Assembly: GCF_036588685.1 (NCBI RefSeq)
Contig: NC_086373.1
Location: 66,030,001-66,094,000, forward strand
Direction of reading: 5' to 3'
DNA: 64,000 nt
Origin: Mytilus trossulus
Taxonomy: Eukaryota
The translations under genes and the position numbers were made by a program. The notes beneath the pieces are model-generated. The model was not told the DNA's origin. It ran no database searches and worked only from the letters and a program-made list of their open reading frames with translations. Position 1 is the stretch's first letter, and each line of letters starts with the position of its first letter. This document shows positions 48,324 to 60,197 of the stretch, in pieces.

Positions 48324-50027
48324 ATTGCTTTTTATCAGTCAATAGGGAAGACACAGACCCCATCTGTTTGTCAGTTCTGTGAAGAATCCCAAGAGATAAA
48401 GTGGACATGTACTATAAACTGTGAACTATTTCTATGTCAAGTATGCTGTTCAAAGATTCATAATAAAATCAAAGCATACATGGAACATGATATTATAAAT
48501 TTAAAAGATTTTGAAAAGGAGGATTTTGCCACTTCAGTACGTAAAGTTGATCTTGAAAACTTAGTATGTACAATCCATGACAAACACAAGTGTTTTGTTT
48601 TCTGTAGGGATTGCAAAGAGCCCTCTTGTTCCAAATGTTTAATTGAGACTCATAAATTGCATGACTATAAAGACCTTGACGTTGAATATATAGGAATAAT
48701 CTCTGAAATGAAGGAACAAATAAAACGATTCGAAGCCAAACTTAAAATTTTTAGTTATGGAAAGGAACTACTACAGAAAAAGCTTTCTGATGCTGCTAAC
48801 AATTTTAAGGAAACAAGGAACTTAATTCTGAAAACTGAGAAAGAAATGAAAGAGGTCATTTCAAAAAATGCAAAAGACCTCTTACAAGAACTTGAAGCAA
48901 AATGGAAACCATTAGAAAATATCATCAAAACAGAACTTCTGACAACCACAAGGAACATAGAGAAGATGGAAACCGAGAAGAATAATATGTACCAAGCATT
49001 GCAGTCTCATCAAGCCATAGACATTTTCTTTACAAGCAAAACTTTAGATAAGTCATTGCCACAATATTCACATAAAAAAATCAAAATAAATAAAACAAAT
49101 TTTATTCCCGCAAATATGGAAGTGAAAAAAGGAGGCCAGTCAGTGTTGGGTGATATTTATACAATTCTGGACTTGGAACTTATAAACACTTATCATAGTA
49201 ACGTTGAAAATGTAACAAACATAGTATTCTGCAGTGACAAAACAGCATTTATAGGAAGTGCCATTGGTAAAAAAATACAAAAAATAATATTTGAAACTGA
49301 AAATATCAAAGTAGAAAGAGAAATTAAAACAGAAGTATATGATATGGCCTTGATTAAGGACCATGATATGCTTGTGTCAACTGGAAAAAGTGATCTTTTA
49401 ATATATACCAAAGATGGACAATTTACCACATTTAAGTCTTTTCCCACCTTTATTACTGTAAGTGTTCATGTTACTAAAGACAAAAAGATAATAGTAGGGT
49501 TAATAGAAGATAGTCCTGATGGATTACTTATTACAAAAGATAGTCACAGAAAAGTTGTTATTATGAACCAGGATGGGGACATACAACATACTATTGAATA
49601 TGATAGGAACAATCAGAGATTGTTAACATTTCCTAATCGAGTTAAAAGTTTCAATAATAAGATAGTAGTTGTAGATATTATGAACAAGGAATGGGAGGGT
49701 AAGGTAGTAATGTTTGATTATGGGGGACAACTCCATTGGACCTACAATGGATGTAATTGCATCATTTCTGATCAGGTTAAGTTTTACCCAACAGATGTGG
49801 CAATAACCTCGACAGCAATGATTTTAGTTTCTGACCAATACAATTATGCTTTACATGTATTAAGTCCTGCTGGAGAGCTAATTGTATGTAAAGATGTAAA
49901 AGTTTTGGGCATAAAATTACCTATCAGTCTTGCTATTGACAATAATGAAGTTTTATGGATTGGATGTAACACATGGACAACAGATGAAATTAAAAAAGCT
50001 AAGATAATTTGTGTTAAACTAAGTTAA
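48324..50027 (+). pseudogene. RING-less TRIM-like copy 2; ancestral start ATG is ATT, frame otherwise open (first ATG 48480, 515 aa lacking B-box 1)
   Basis: ATT GCT TTT TAT CAG TCA ATA GGG AAG aligns with MAFSQSIGK; a 3-nt insertion makes CTINC in B-box 1. Confidence 0.7.
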
Positions 50028-50333
50028 GGATGTACTTAACTCAGGTTTAGAAATTTTTGTCAGTTTTAGATGTCTTGATTTGTAATAGGGCCTGGTGAGT
50101 TAAAAATGTTAATCAGTCATCTCAGCTAGTGTAAGAAAAGGGTTTATCATTCAAGTTTTTTATAAGCCATATTAGTGTTAGAACAGTTATTTATTTGTCA
50201 TATATATCAGCACTAGAAACATGTTTATTTATCATTAGTCACATAACAAGTAATGTTAGTGTTAAAAAACCGTTTATTAGCCATGTTAGTGGTAGAAAAG
50301 AGTTTAATGGTCGTGTTAGTGTTAAAAAAATTT

Positions 50334-51001
50334 GTAAGGGTTCCGCGGAACCCAGTGTCTCGCCTACTTTTGCTGTAAATCACAGGCTAAACAAAAATGA
50401 GGAAAAAAATCAATAAAAATATTCCTCTTGATACTATCTTATGATTGTAAGAAGCTTCTGTCCAAGTTTGGTAAAAATCTAGAATAATTGATGAATCTAA
50501 TAAATGTTTTGAAAACTTTAACTGCAGACTGTATGTAATGTTCACTGGAAGAAAATCGAAGTCCATTTAAAAGTAAAATACAGAAAAAATGGAGTTGTCT
50601 TTTTACAAAATTTACTTCTGGATACTATCTAATGATCATAAATAAGCTTTTGTCCAAGTTTAGTACAAACCCAGGATAGTTTAAGAAAGTTATTAAAATT
50701 TTAAAAACTTTTACCACAGAGTGAATGTAATGTTTCCCCGACAAAAAAACTAAGTCCATTTATAAGTAAAATACAGAAAAAATAGAATTTTATTTTTACA
50801 AAATTTACTTCTGGATACTATCTTATGATCATAAACAAGCTTCTGACCAAGTTTGGTAGAAATCCAGTATAGTTTAAGAAAGTTATTAAAATTTCAAAAA
50901 CTTTAACCACAGAGTGAATATTTGTGGACGCCGCCGACGACGACGGAAAGTAGGATCGCTTAGTCTCGCTTTTTTCGACTAAAGTCGAAGGCTCGACAAA
51001 A
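50334..51001 (+). mobile_element. Helentron-type satellite-bearing element
   Basis: Head hairpin GGGTTCCGCGGAACCC + GTCTCGCCT; about 185-bp tandem units (GATACTATCTTATGAT..CCAAGTTTGGTA); GCC/GAC microsatellite; 3' TTCGACTAAAGTCGAA GGCTCGACAAAA. Confidence 0.7.
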
Positions 51002-52288
51002 AGGATATAGTCATGTGGGTGTTAGAAGTCAATTTAAAAGTAAAATATGGAAAAAAATAGAATTTTATTTTTACCAAATTTACTTATGATCATAAAGATA
51101 AGATAAGATAAATGTATTTGATTAAAGTGTTACGTATTGAAACTAGGTGCAATGGATTGTTTCAGTTTGGTAAGGTCTTTTGAGTCTTGCACTGGTCATT
51201 AAAAGCAATAAAACTCAACCATCAATTTAACCTTTAATTCAAATAAATTTTATGTATTATGATAAATACAAAAAACAAGCGAAAACTTTGGAATATGTTT
51301 GCACTGCGTTTATAACAAAAAATTAAGGTTATAACTGTCACTTCTGTCAACATGAACATGTCTTGAGTGGATCCATCTCATAGAACAGCATTAACCATTT
51401 TTTGGAGTTTCATTTATTCCTTGTGATACCTAAAAATATAATTTTAATCATAAAATATTCTTTAAATCATGTCCTTACCACAATTACGGTAAGAAACTAG
51501 TGTTGCTTACGATTACCGGTAAACCAGACTTTTATTCAATTTTGATAGATTTGATATAAATTTATATTGAAATCATTAAATAGTTATGTTTTCTTTTAAA
51601 ATGTCGTGTTAATTAATTTGACAGATGATTGTCCAGTATATTGATTGCTATTCTTAATCCAAAAAAATAAAATTCATTACAACTTGTCTCTTCGCTCGGG
51701 GCAAGATCATAAGGGAACATAATTTGTATACATTTACTTCATTATTTCATTTTTGTTCAGACCTAAATCTGAATTTGAATCATTTCAAATTGAAACATTA
51801 CACATTATTTTCAGAGAAAAGAAGTAAATGAAAGAATCATCGGTTTCAGACATTTAAAATTCTGGGAGATCAAGATTTTTTTCCAATCTGAAGTTAGTAC
51901 AAACGCCGTAGTTCATATGGTGTATTTGATTATTAAAAGTCAAATTTCACCAGGAATCTTCACAGACAAGCCTTATAATACCAAAGAACAAACTTCAATT
52001 CATCATATTAAAAAAAACGTATTTCATGTCTGACTTTGACACTGACACTCATACCACATCTTCTTATATCAATATGTAGGGTACTATAGATAAAGCCTTC
52101 AAACATCATCTTAAACTACCGGTTAGCTGGTTAATCAGTCGAACAATTATCCGAGTAACCAGTTAGACAAAAGTGAACGATTTGACAACACTATTAAAAA
52201 CTTTAGTGGGGTTATGCATGTTAACTTGGTACTTATTTTAAGGGGAAAACTTGCGCAATCAAAAGTAATCTGTTAAATCACAAATGAA

Positions 52289-54010
52289 CCCCTACAGAAA
52301 AAAAAGTTGAGGGCCAGTTGATGACCATGTGGCAGACAGTTGAGGGCTAGCTGTTTTAAGCAAAATGGTTGAGGGCTAGGTGTTGAGCATCTTAGCTCAA
52401 CTCAAACCTGGCCAAGCACTGTATGTTGGATAGATGTCGCTCAACTGGCCCTCAACTGAAGCTGGCCTTTAAGTTGAGGAAAAGTTGAGCAATTGATCTT
52501 TGATTTTCATATAGTTGAGCAAAAGTTGAGCTTTCAGACTTTGAAATTATTGTAGTTGAGCAAAAGTTGAGCATTCAGACTTTGAATTTTTTGTAGTTGA
52601 GGAAAAGTTGAGCGTTCAGACTTTGAAATTTTTGTAGTTGAGGAAAAGTTTAGCGTTCAGACTTTGATCTTTTTTTATAGTTGAGCAAAAGTTGAGCAAT
52701 TAGAAATATGACCTGGTGATATAAATGTTATGTGCCATCTGTTTTATATGTCTTTAGTGCAAATGGACAGGAAGTATATTATAAATGTACACAAAAGTTT
52801 GAGGCAAAATTAAAGGAAGCACATGTTTTCAATTTTATACATTTTTTTTGTATTTTAACTTAACTACATCTTTGACATAAAGATAAAAAACAAACAGTAT
52901 TTCTTTTATTATAGAACATATAAAATATTTAAGATTTAGGTAATTAACAATTATTAGTAGGGGTAAATCTCAAAGTGATCACACTGTCACAATACCCAAA
53001 AGAACCTCAAACATTTAAAATTTGAACTGGGTTTGAGCATGCACATGGCAAGCAAAGATGTCTTCTAACTATCATGAATAAAATATAACTTTTACAATGA
53101 AAGTAGAAAAGTGCAGTGTATTCTTCTGATGACATGACTCTTGGATTTAGGAAGATTGATGTTTAAACACATATTCTGGAAACATCTGTTGGTAAGTTCA
53201 TTGGATTAGATTTTATTACCACCATTTTGAAAAAGTGTATAATTATGCTCTTTTAGGTTAAAATAGTGATATTTATAGTGTTTTCTTTATAAACTTAAAA
53301 GAGTGAAGAAAAAAATTAAACAATATATTTATGCATTAATTTATATTTTGTCAAAATGTGTAAGACAGGAGACATGTTTGTTTTATTATTAAGACAATTT
53401 GTTTTAGAAAGTATAACTAATAAAATAAGAATATTCTAATATGAATTTGGTATAAAACTAGAGATCTATTTTTGTTTGCTAGATAAATTCTAAAAAGCAA
53501 GGATATAGCATTTATGTAGTCTGTTGTGAGATAAGATCTTTCAGCAGTATTTTGGCTATAAAAATACACAAATACACAATTTAAATATGTTTTTCTACAA
53601 TGTGTAGTCATCAGTTTGCAATCACCACATAATGCTCAACTTTTTAAGACCTAGCCCTCAACTTTTAATGACCTGGCCCTCATCTTTTGGCCACCTAGCC
53701 CTCAACTTTTAATGACCTGGCCCTCAACTGTTAGCTAGGTAGCCCTCAACTCTAATTGCTCAACTGTTAGACACCTAGCCCTCAACTATGATATTTTCTC
53801 AACGTTGCTCAACTCATTTGCATAAAGTTGAGCATTGATAAGTTGAGGGCTACCTAATTTGCATGGCAAAAATCCAGCTATCCCTCAACTGGCCCTCAAC
53901 TATTTGCTCAACTGATGGCCAGCTAGCCCTCAACTGTCCCTCAACTGTTAGCTCAACTGGCGGCTAGTTGAGCAATGCAGTTAGCCTAGTGATCATTTTT
54001 TCTGTATGGG
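52289..54010. mobile_element. Non-autonomous CACTA/EnSpm-like DNA transposon
   Basis: Terminal inverted repeats CCCCTACAGAAAAAAA / TTTTTTCTGTATGGG, AA on both flanks (2-bp duplication), dense subterminal GTTGAG (left) and CTCAAC (right) arrays. Confidence 0.8.
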
Positions 54011-54229
54011 AAAATGTTTATTTGGAATGCCTGAATTCTAACAAAATATTATTTCCTCTTCAAAATCCTGGATTCACAATTGGTGTTTTAAACTGAAGAA
54101 TACATTTCAACTCATTTCTGTGCTGTATGTACTAGTCCCAAGAAACTAGTGCATGACGTTTAAAGATTGTTCCAGTCTTTGTCTTGAATATTTGATTTTC
54201 ATAACCTTGTATATAAATGTCATCATGGG

Positions 54230-55411
54230 TATTGTCCATGTTTTTAGATCTTCGTTTTGATATGTAGTTTGTTATAAAGATACAGTTTTAAAATTTTTTA
54301 CTGATCTATGTTTCATATGCAACCATTTCACAGATCTTAAATTTTATAACCAAGTTACTGTATTAGTTATTAGTTATCAGTATAATACATTATACAGCTT
54401 GTCTTGTTTTACACAATCATATTATAAGTGTAAATCTACTATATAGTAGGTATTTTCATTATGTTATTATGTTAAACTAAAGGACCCTGTGCACAATCAA
54501 AATGGTGGTATCTAATTCAGTGTACTTACCAAAAGATATGCTCCTAAATCCAACAGTCAATGCAAGTCATCAGAAAATAAATCTGCACTTTTAATGTCAA
54601 GAACTATTTGGAACTATTTCATCTTCATCCAATATAAACTACATTTTGTTCAGGAGAGAAGACATCTTTGCTTGTTGCCTGTATATCCATTGCAAGTTCA
54701 AATTCTAAATGTGTTGGTGGTTGTATATAAGGAGTTATAAATCTGATTTCTTTGAAAAATGCCCCAATTGAATAATGTTTATAGTTTCCTATATCTTGAA
54801 TATTTTATATAAATTGTATATCATAATAAAAAATTATCTATTTATTGTTTATCTGTATCAGTGTATGTTTTAGTAATAATAATAATTGAACAAAAATGTA
54901 TAAATCCATGTTCTACCCTACATTTGTCCTCACACTGAATGTTCATGTCATTTCCTGTCCAGTTCACAAAGATTAATGAAATGCAGATGGCAGTGGGCCG
55001 GTCTTTACATTTCTTTGACATGTTTAATTGATGATAAAGAATTAATGCATGAAAATAATTTGTGTATACATTTTTTCCATGATAAAGTCATCATTCAACA
55101 CTCTTTCCATCACAAAAATATTCTAAGTCAAGATTCCATCCTCTTTTCCATTTTGAACATTATTTAAGTCCACTTTCCATCTACAAAGTTTTATTAGTCT
55201 ACTTTCCATCCCAAAAGTATTTTTTCCATGGAATTCCATGGACAGTTGTCCATCTTATCAAGAAAAAGGATGGAATAAGTTACACATATAAGTTTTCCAT
55301 CAGTGATAGAATATTTTTCCATTTAATTCCATGGAAAAAAAACAAATTTCCATTATTTTCCATCATTTTATCATGGAAAAAGTAGAGCTGCATGGAAAAT
55401 CTAGGGATGGG
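54230..55411 (-). mobile_element. One-ended CACTA-like element with TTTCCAT subterminal array
   Basis: Many TTCCAT/ATGGAA motifs at 55070-55400, terminus CCCATCCCTAG on the minus strand, interior homologous to the 52289 element; other end not found. Confidence 0.55.
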
Positions 55412-56944
55412 CTATTATATGAAGTTTGTAGATCATAAATGATGCTTATCTTTGTAGATAGTCATTGATCATTCCCATACATATTTTTGCTGAGCTAATA
55501 AAAGAATATCTGATCAATATTCAATAAATGTTTAACTCTTTCATGTCATCTGGAGCAAAGAGCCAGTGTGAGCTAAAATACTGTTTTTGGCATCAATTAT
55601 TTATGTCCTAGATGTCGTTCAGCTGTAATCCAAACTTGATCCATATCATCCTAGTCAATCATCAAATGTTGATGTTACATAAACTAGAAGCTCTCACATT
55701 TGATGCTACATAAACTAGAACTAGAGGCTCTCAAGATCCTGTGTCGCTCACCTGTATCTACTTGGTGTTTTGGAATTCATGTAAAACAAGGTTTAAATCA
55801 CAATAAATTGTATTAGTTACCCTAATAATGATTGAGGCACTGGTTTATTTGGCCCAGTAGTTGAATTAAGAGCAGGTCATCCCACTAGACTCACAATAGT
55901 TATGGAGTCTAAAGAACCCTTATCATTATCTAAATTAGTTTTCAAGTTGTGACCATTTGAATTTGTTTTTTTACAATTTTCCCTTCGACTTCTATAGTAA
56001 ATCCCTATGTTCTATTTTAAGCCATGGTGGCCATGTTAGTTGATTGGCAGTCATAGGATATATTATTGAATTAAGATACCAATTGAAAATTGTCGATAAG
56101 TTTAATTGGACCTGTATATTCAGTGGTGGATCCATAAATTTTCATAAGAGGAGACCCACTGACTGCCTAAGAGGGGGCCAGCTCCAGTCATGCTTCAGTG
56201 ATTTCCTCATAGAAAATGTCAATGGAGGTCCAGTGGAATATCAGTGGATTCCACTGGATTCCAGTGACTCATTGGAATTCCACTAGTTAATCATATAAAA
56301 CTAAAAATTCCAGTCAAATTCAATTAGTGATTCTTCTGGAATGACATTGCAATAATGACAATGGAAAATTTTACCACTGTAATTCCAATGGAATACTATA
56401 TACATTTTTCCTTGATTTAAATATATACATGCATTTATAACTATTTTCATGCAATTAAACATGTTAAAATACCTTGGAAAACCAAGTGTACATAAAAAAA
56501 GCTCATGAGTAGTTTGATAATTGAGTGATGATAAACAATGAAAAAAAAAACCTGGAGTGCACTTTAAAAGATTGTTTCCAAAAATTGAAGCAAGGTTGCA
56601 TGATTTATCATTACAATACTGATGGTCATTAAATGTTTTTGATAGAAAAAAAGTACTGACATTAAATTCTAATAGCTATTATCAGTACAATTCATTTGTA
56701 CCTAGTCCAAATAATTATGATGCCTTGAAAGGCTATTTAATTGTTGTTTAGACACCTTCTGTAGCAACATGCAAAGCCAAACAATTATATTGCCATTCTG
56801 TTGAAAAAAGTTTTTAATGCAACTCAAGTGTGTAGCATGATATGAAAAATGATCACAAAGGAAAATGCACAAAATAGCGATAACAATATTTAACATGTTC
56901 AAGAATGTGACCAACCGGAATTAGACTATTTACCAATCACATAA

Positions 56945-57168
56945 GCAACACAACAGGTGCCACATGTGGAGCAGGATCTACTTACCCTTCCGGAGCACCT
57001 GAGATCACCCCTAGTTTTTGATGGGGTTCGTGTTGTTATTCTTTAGTTTTCTATTTTGTGTCATGTGTACTATTGTTTGTCTGTTTGTCTTTTATATTTT
57101 TAGCCATGCGTTGTCAGTTTATTTTAGATTTGAGTTTGACTGTCCCTTTGGTATCTTGCGTCCCTCTT
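56945..57168 (+). repeat. Interspersed repeat (also about 46130-46175)
   Basis: GCAACA.AAC.G.TGCCACATGTGG.GCA..ATCT.CTTA shared between 56945 and 46135. Confidence 0.6.
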
Positions 57169-58404
57169 CAATAAAAAACCAAAAACTGCAAAACTTTCTT
57201 AAAATTACCAATTCAGGAGCAGCAACTCAACAACAGGTGTCTAATTCATCTAGAATTTACAGACAATGACAAAAACAAAGGGCTCTGGGCGCCAAGTGAT
57301 GAGAAAAGCTAACATGACCTTTCAACAAAATAATAATAAAACTATAATTTGCTAAAAAAAGATCAACTGGGTTCGGCTTTGAGTCATATGATCAACTGTT
57401 CATTTGTGTGATTCTGGGAAGATTGGATTTACTTAAAAGCAGTTTTACTTAGCAACATTGGTCATGCTAGTTGATGGATCAAAATCTACAGATGTAATTT
57501 TCAAGTTACATTCAGGTGTAGTTCAATAAAATTTTGCCAAATAGATTCATATTTTCAGAGAAAATTATGTTTTGAAATTATGAAGACTGGTAGATCATGC
57601 TAACAAGTGATATATTTCGATCATATGACCTTTTAGATCATATAAACTAAACAACAATTTCTGTCCTTATTAAGTGCACTTTTCAAATGTGTAATTTTAA
57701 ATGCTAAATATGTAGACCTCTTTTTAAATATTTGAATGACAAAAGCTTTCAAAGTCTCTATAAAGTCATGTACATGTATTGTTTGACATTGTTGTAATTT
57801 TTTTTTACAAATTAGAAGTAGGAAATATTTTAAAATCACCTATAGAGTAACTGAATAAAAACACTAGCGGCTGTCAAGTGCCTAAATTGCTAACCTGTTA
57901 TTTTTTCTGCTTAAATCTTTCATCCATGATTATTTATGCTTTTCAATATATATTAATGAGTGGGTTAAACATGCCATTCAAAGTGTCATGCATCTGTCAT
58001 ATTTTCTTCAAAGGCAAATAAATGCAACTTACCCACATATGTTCTATTTTAGCCAAAAACAAGGGGTGATCTCAGGTGCCTAAGGCAATTTCAGTAAAGA
58101 TTTTGTTCTAATGCAATAGAACAATGTAGTTTATTCACATAATAGATCATCTTAGTTGATAGTTAGTTATCATTACACAGTAATCAAGTGTAATTCATGT
58201 TATAAAGAAATATCTCTACATTATCAGTTAATTCTTAGTTACTGGTGCTGGGCAGGGGCCAGTATATGCTTAAAGGCCATCATCTTGCATCCATTGTTCA
58301 TGTCCTCTGTCTCACCAGGAGTAAGTTTGGTAAGGTTTACAATCAATCCCCAATATAAAGTCCATGATATCAGGATAAAAGAGGTTTCATATAGATGAAT
58401 ATTT

Positions 58405-59685
58405 ACTTATAATTACATTAGATGGATGTTTCATTATAATACTTTATTCTGATTGGCTAACTGCACATCACATGTTATTCTTTAAGCAATTGCATATACT
58501 CAATAAAATTTTCATTCATGATAACACGACGTCACAAAATAAAGTGCACAGGTTAATTAAATAACAAGAGACTGTCACAACGACAGCAAACCGGATTTAT
58601 TAACATTTATTTGTGTCCTGGCAATATCACAAGAACCATTACTGATGATTGGTGAAAGTGAAAATCGTCAATATCAAATTTGACCTCTATTTTGTCATCA
58701 GTATCAACATATAAAAATTTGAAAAGCTTTGGTTGAACGGTTCATGAGAAAATGCAAGGACACGACTGGAAACACCATTTTTTCAATCTTTCAAGAACCA
58801 TAACTCCTGAACGGTAAAAGTCAAAATCGTCATTATTGAACTTGACCTCCATTAAGTCATCAGTAATAACATATTAAAATTTGGGAAGCTTTGGTAGAAC
58901 AGTTCATGCGTAAATGCACGGACACGACTGGAAACGCCATTTTACGATATTTCAAGAACCATAACTACTGAACTGTAAAAGTCAAAATCATCATTTTTAA
59001 ACTTGACCTCTATTTTGTCATCAGTAGCAACATATTAGAATTTGAAAAGCTTTGGTTGAATGGTTCATGAGAAAATGCACGGACAAGACTGGAAACACCA
59101 TTTTTCAATCTTTCAAGAACCATAACTCCTGAACGGTAAAAGTCAAAATCGTCATTATTGAACTTGACCTCCATTTTGTCACCAGTAACAACATATTAAA
59201 ATTTGGGAAGCTTTGGTAGAACAGTTCATGCGTAAATGCACGGACACGACTGGAAACACCATTTTTCAATCTTTCAAGAACCATAACTCCTGAACGGTAA
59301 AAGAAAAATCGCCATTATTGAACTTGACCTTCATTTAGTTGTCACTTACAACATATTAAAATTTTAAAAGTTTTGGTTGAACGGTTCATGAGTTAATGCA
59401 CGGACAACATTCGATTGCCGCCCGCCCGCCGAGCATCCCCAAATCAATAACCGACATTTTTGTCACCAAAATCCGGTTAAAAACTTGATAAAAATGGTGT
59501 TTTCAGGATTTTAACTAAAAAATTATAAGTATTGAATGCTTCTTTTTGTAACTTCATAGGGTTGTAAAAGCGTTGACTGTGCGTACATTTTAAGGGTGAA
59601 GCGCTTCCACGCTTCATACAAAATGTACTTCAGTCAACGCTTTTACACCCCAATAAAGTTACAAAAAGAAGCATTCAATTCTTAA
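58405..59685 (+). mobile_element. Terminal-hairpin non-autonomous element H3 (interrupted by a satellite element)
   Basis: ACTTATAATT (58405) / AATTATAAGT (59521) pair; hairpin 59527-59683 with about 75-bp stem; ends ATTCTTAA. Confidence 0.65.
58563..59483 (+). mobile_element. Helentron-type element with ~161-bp satellite (about 5 units)
   Basis: Head AACAAGAGACTGTCACAACGACAG AAACCGGATTT and tail AAATCCGGTTAAAAA; TGACCT recurs at 58681, 58843, 59004, 59165, 59325; CCGC microsatellite. Confidence 0.75.
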
Positions 59686-60197
59686 GTAGAATGTGAAAAA
59701 TGAATTATTTTGTATTGCTTTTCTAATCATGCTTTAACATTTACACTAGGAAAAGGCCTAAATTGGATCATTAAAGTTTACGTTGATGACCAAAAAAGTC
59801 AAGCTGACAAGTGATTGCAATCACTCACTAAAAACTTTTATGTCATAACAGCTATAGGTATAAACTTTTGAAAAAACTGAGTTATTCTATTTCTCTTCTT
59901 TTCTTAGAGATCTTCTCAATAATTCAATCTCAAATTTATGCTACATATTTGTATACCCCTTTTCATTTTAAATCTTTTGTTTGCTAGCACTGTCCTAAAA
60001 CTATTAAATGATTAACTACACATTTAATTTTATCTGCCCTTTACCTTAAACATTTATATGATAAAAACTATTGAAGCATATATATATTTATCATGTCATG
60101 TGATTGTATTGTATGACCTTGTTATCATTTTACCTGTAAAAATCTTACAATAAGGAAATAATTATATATCACCCCATAGTCATTCAATACCTAAAAA

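Noticed and set aside
58641-58665. CTGATGA..GAAA as a hammerhead (similar cases at 8756 and 16829)
   Set aside because: No pairing for stems I-III and no properly placed NUH site.
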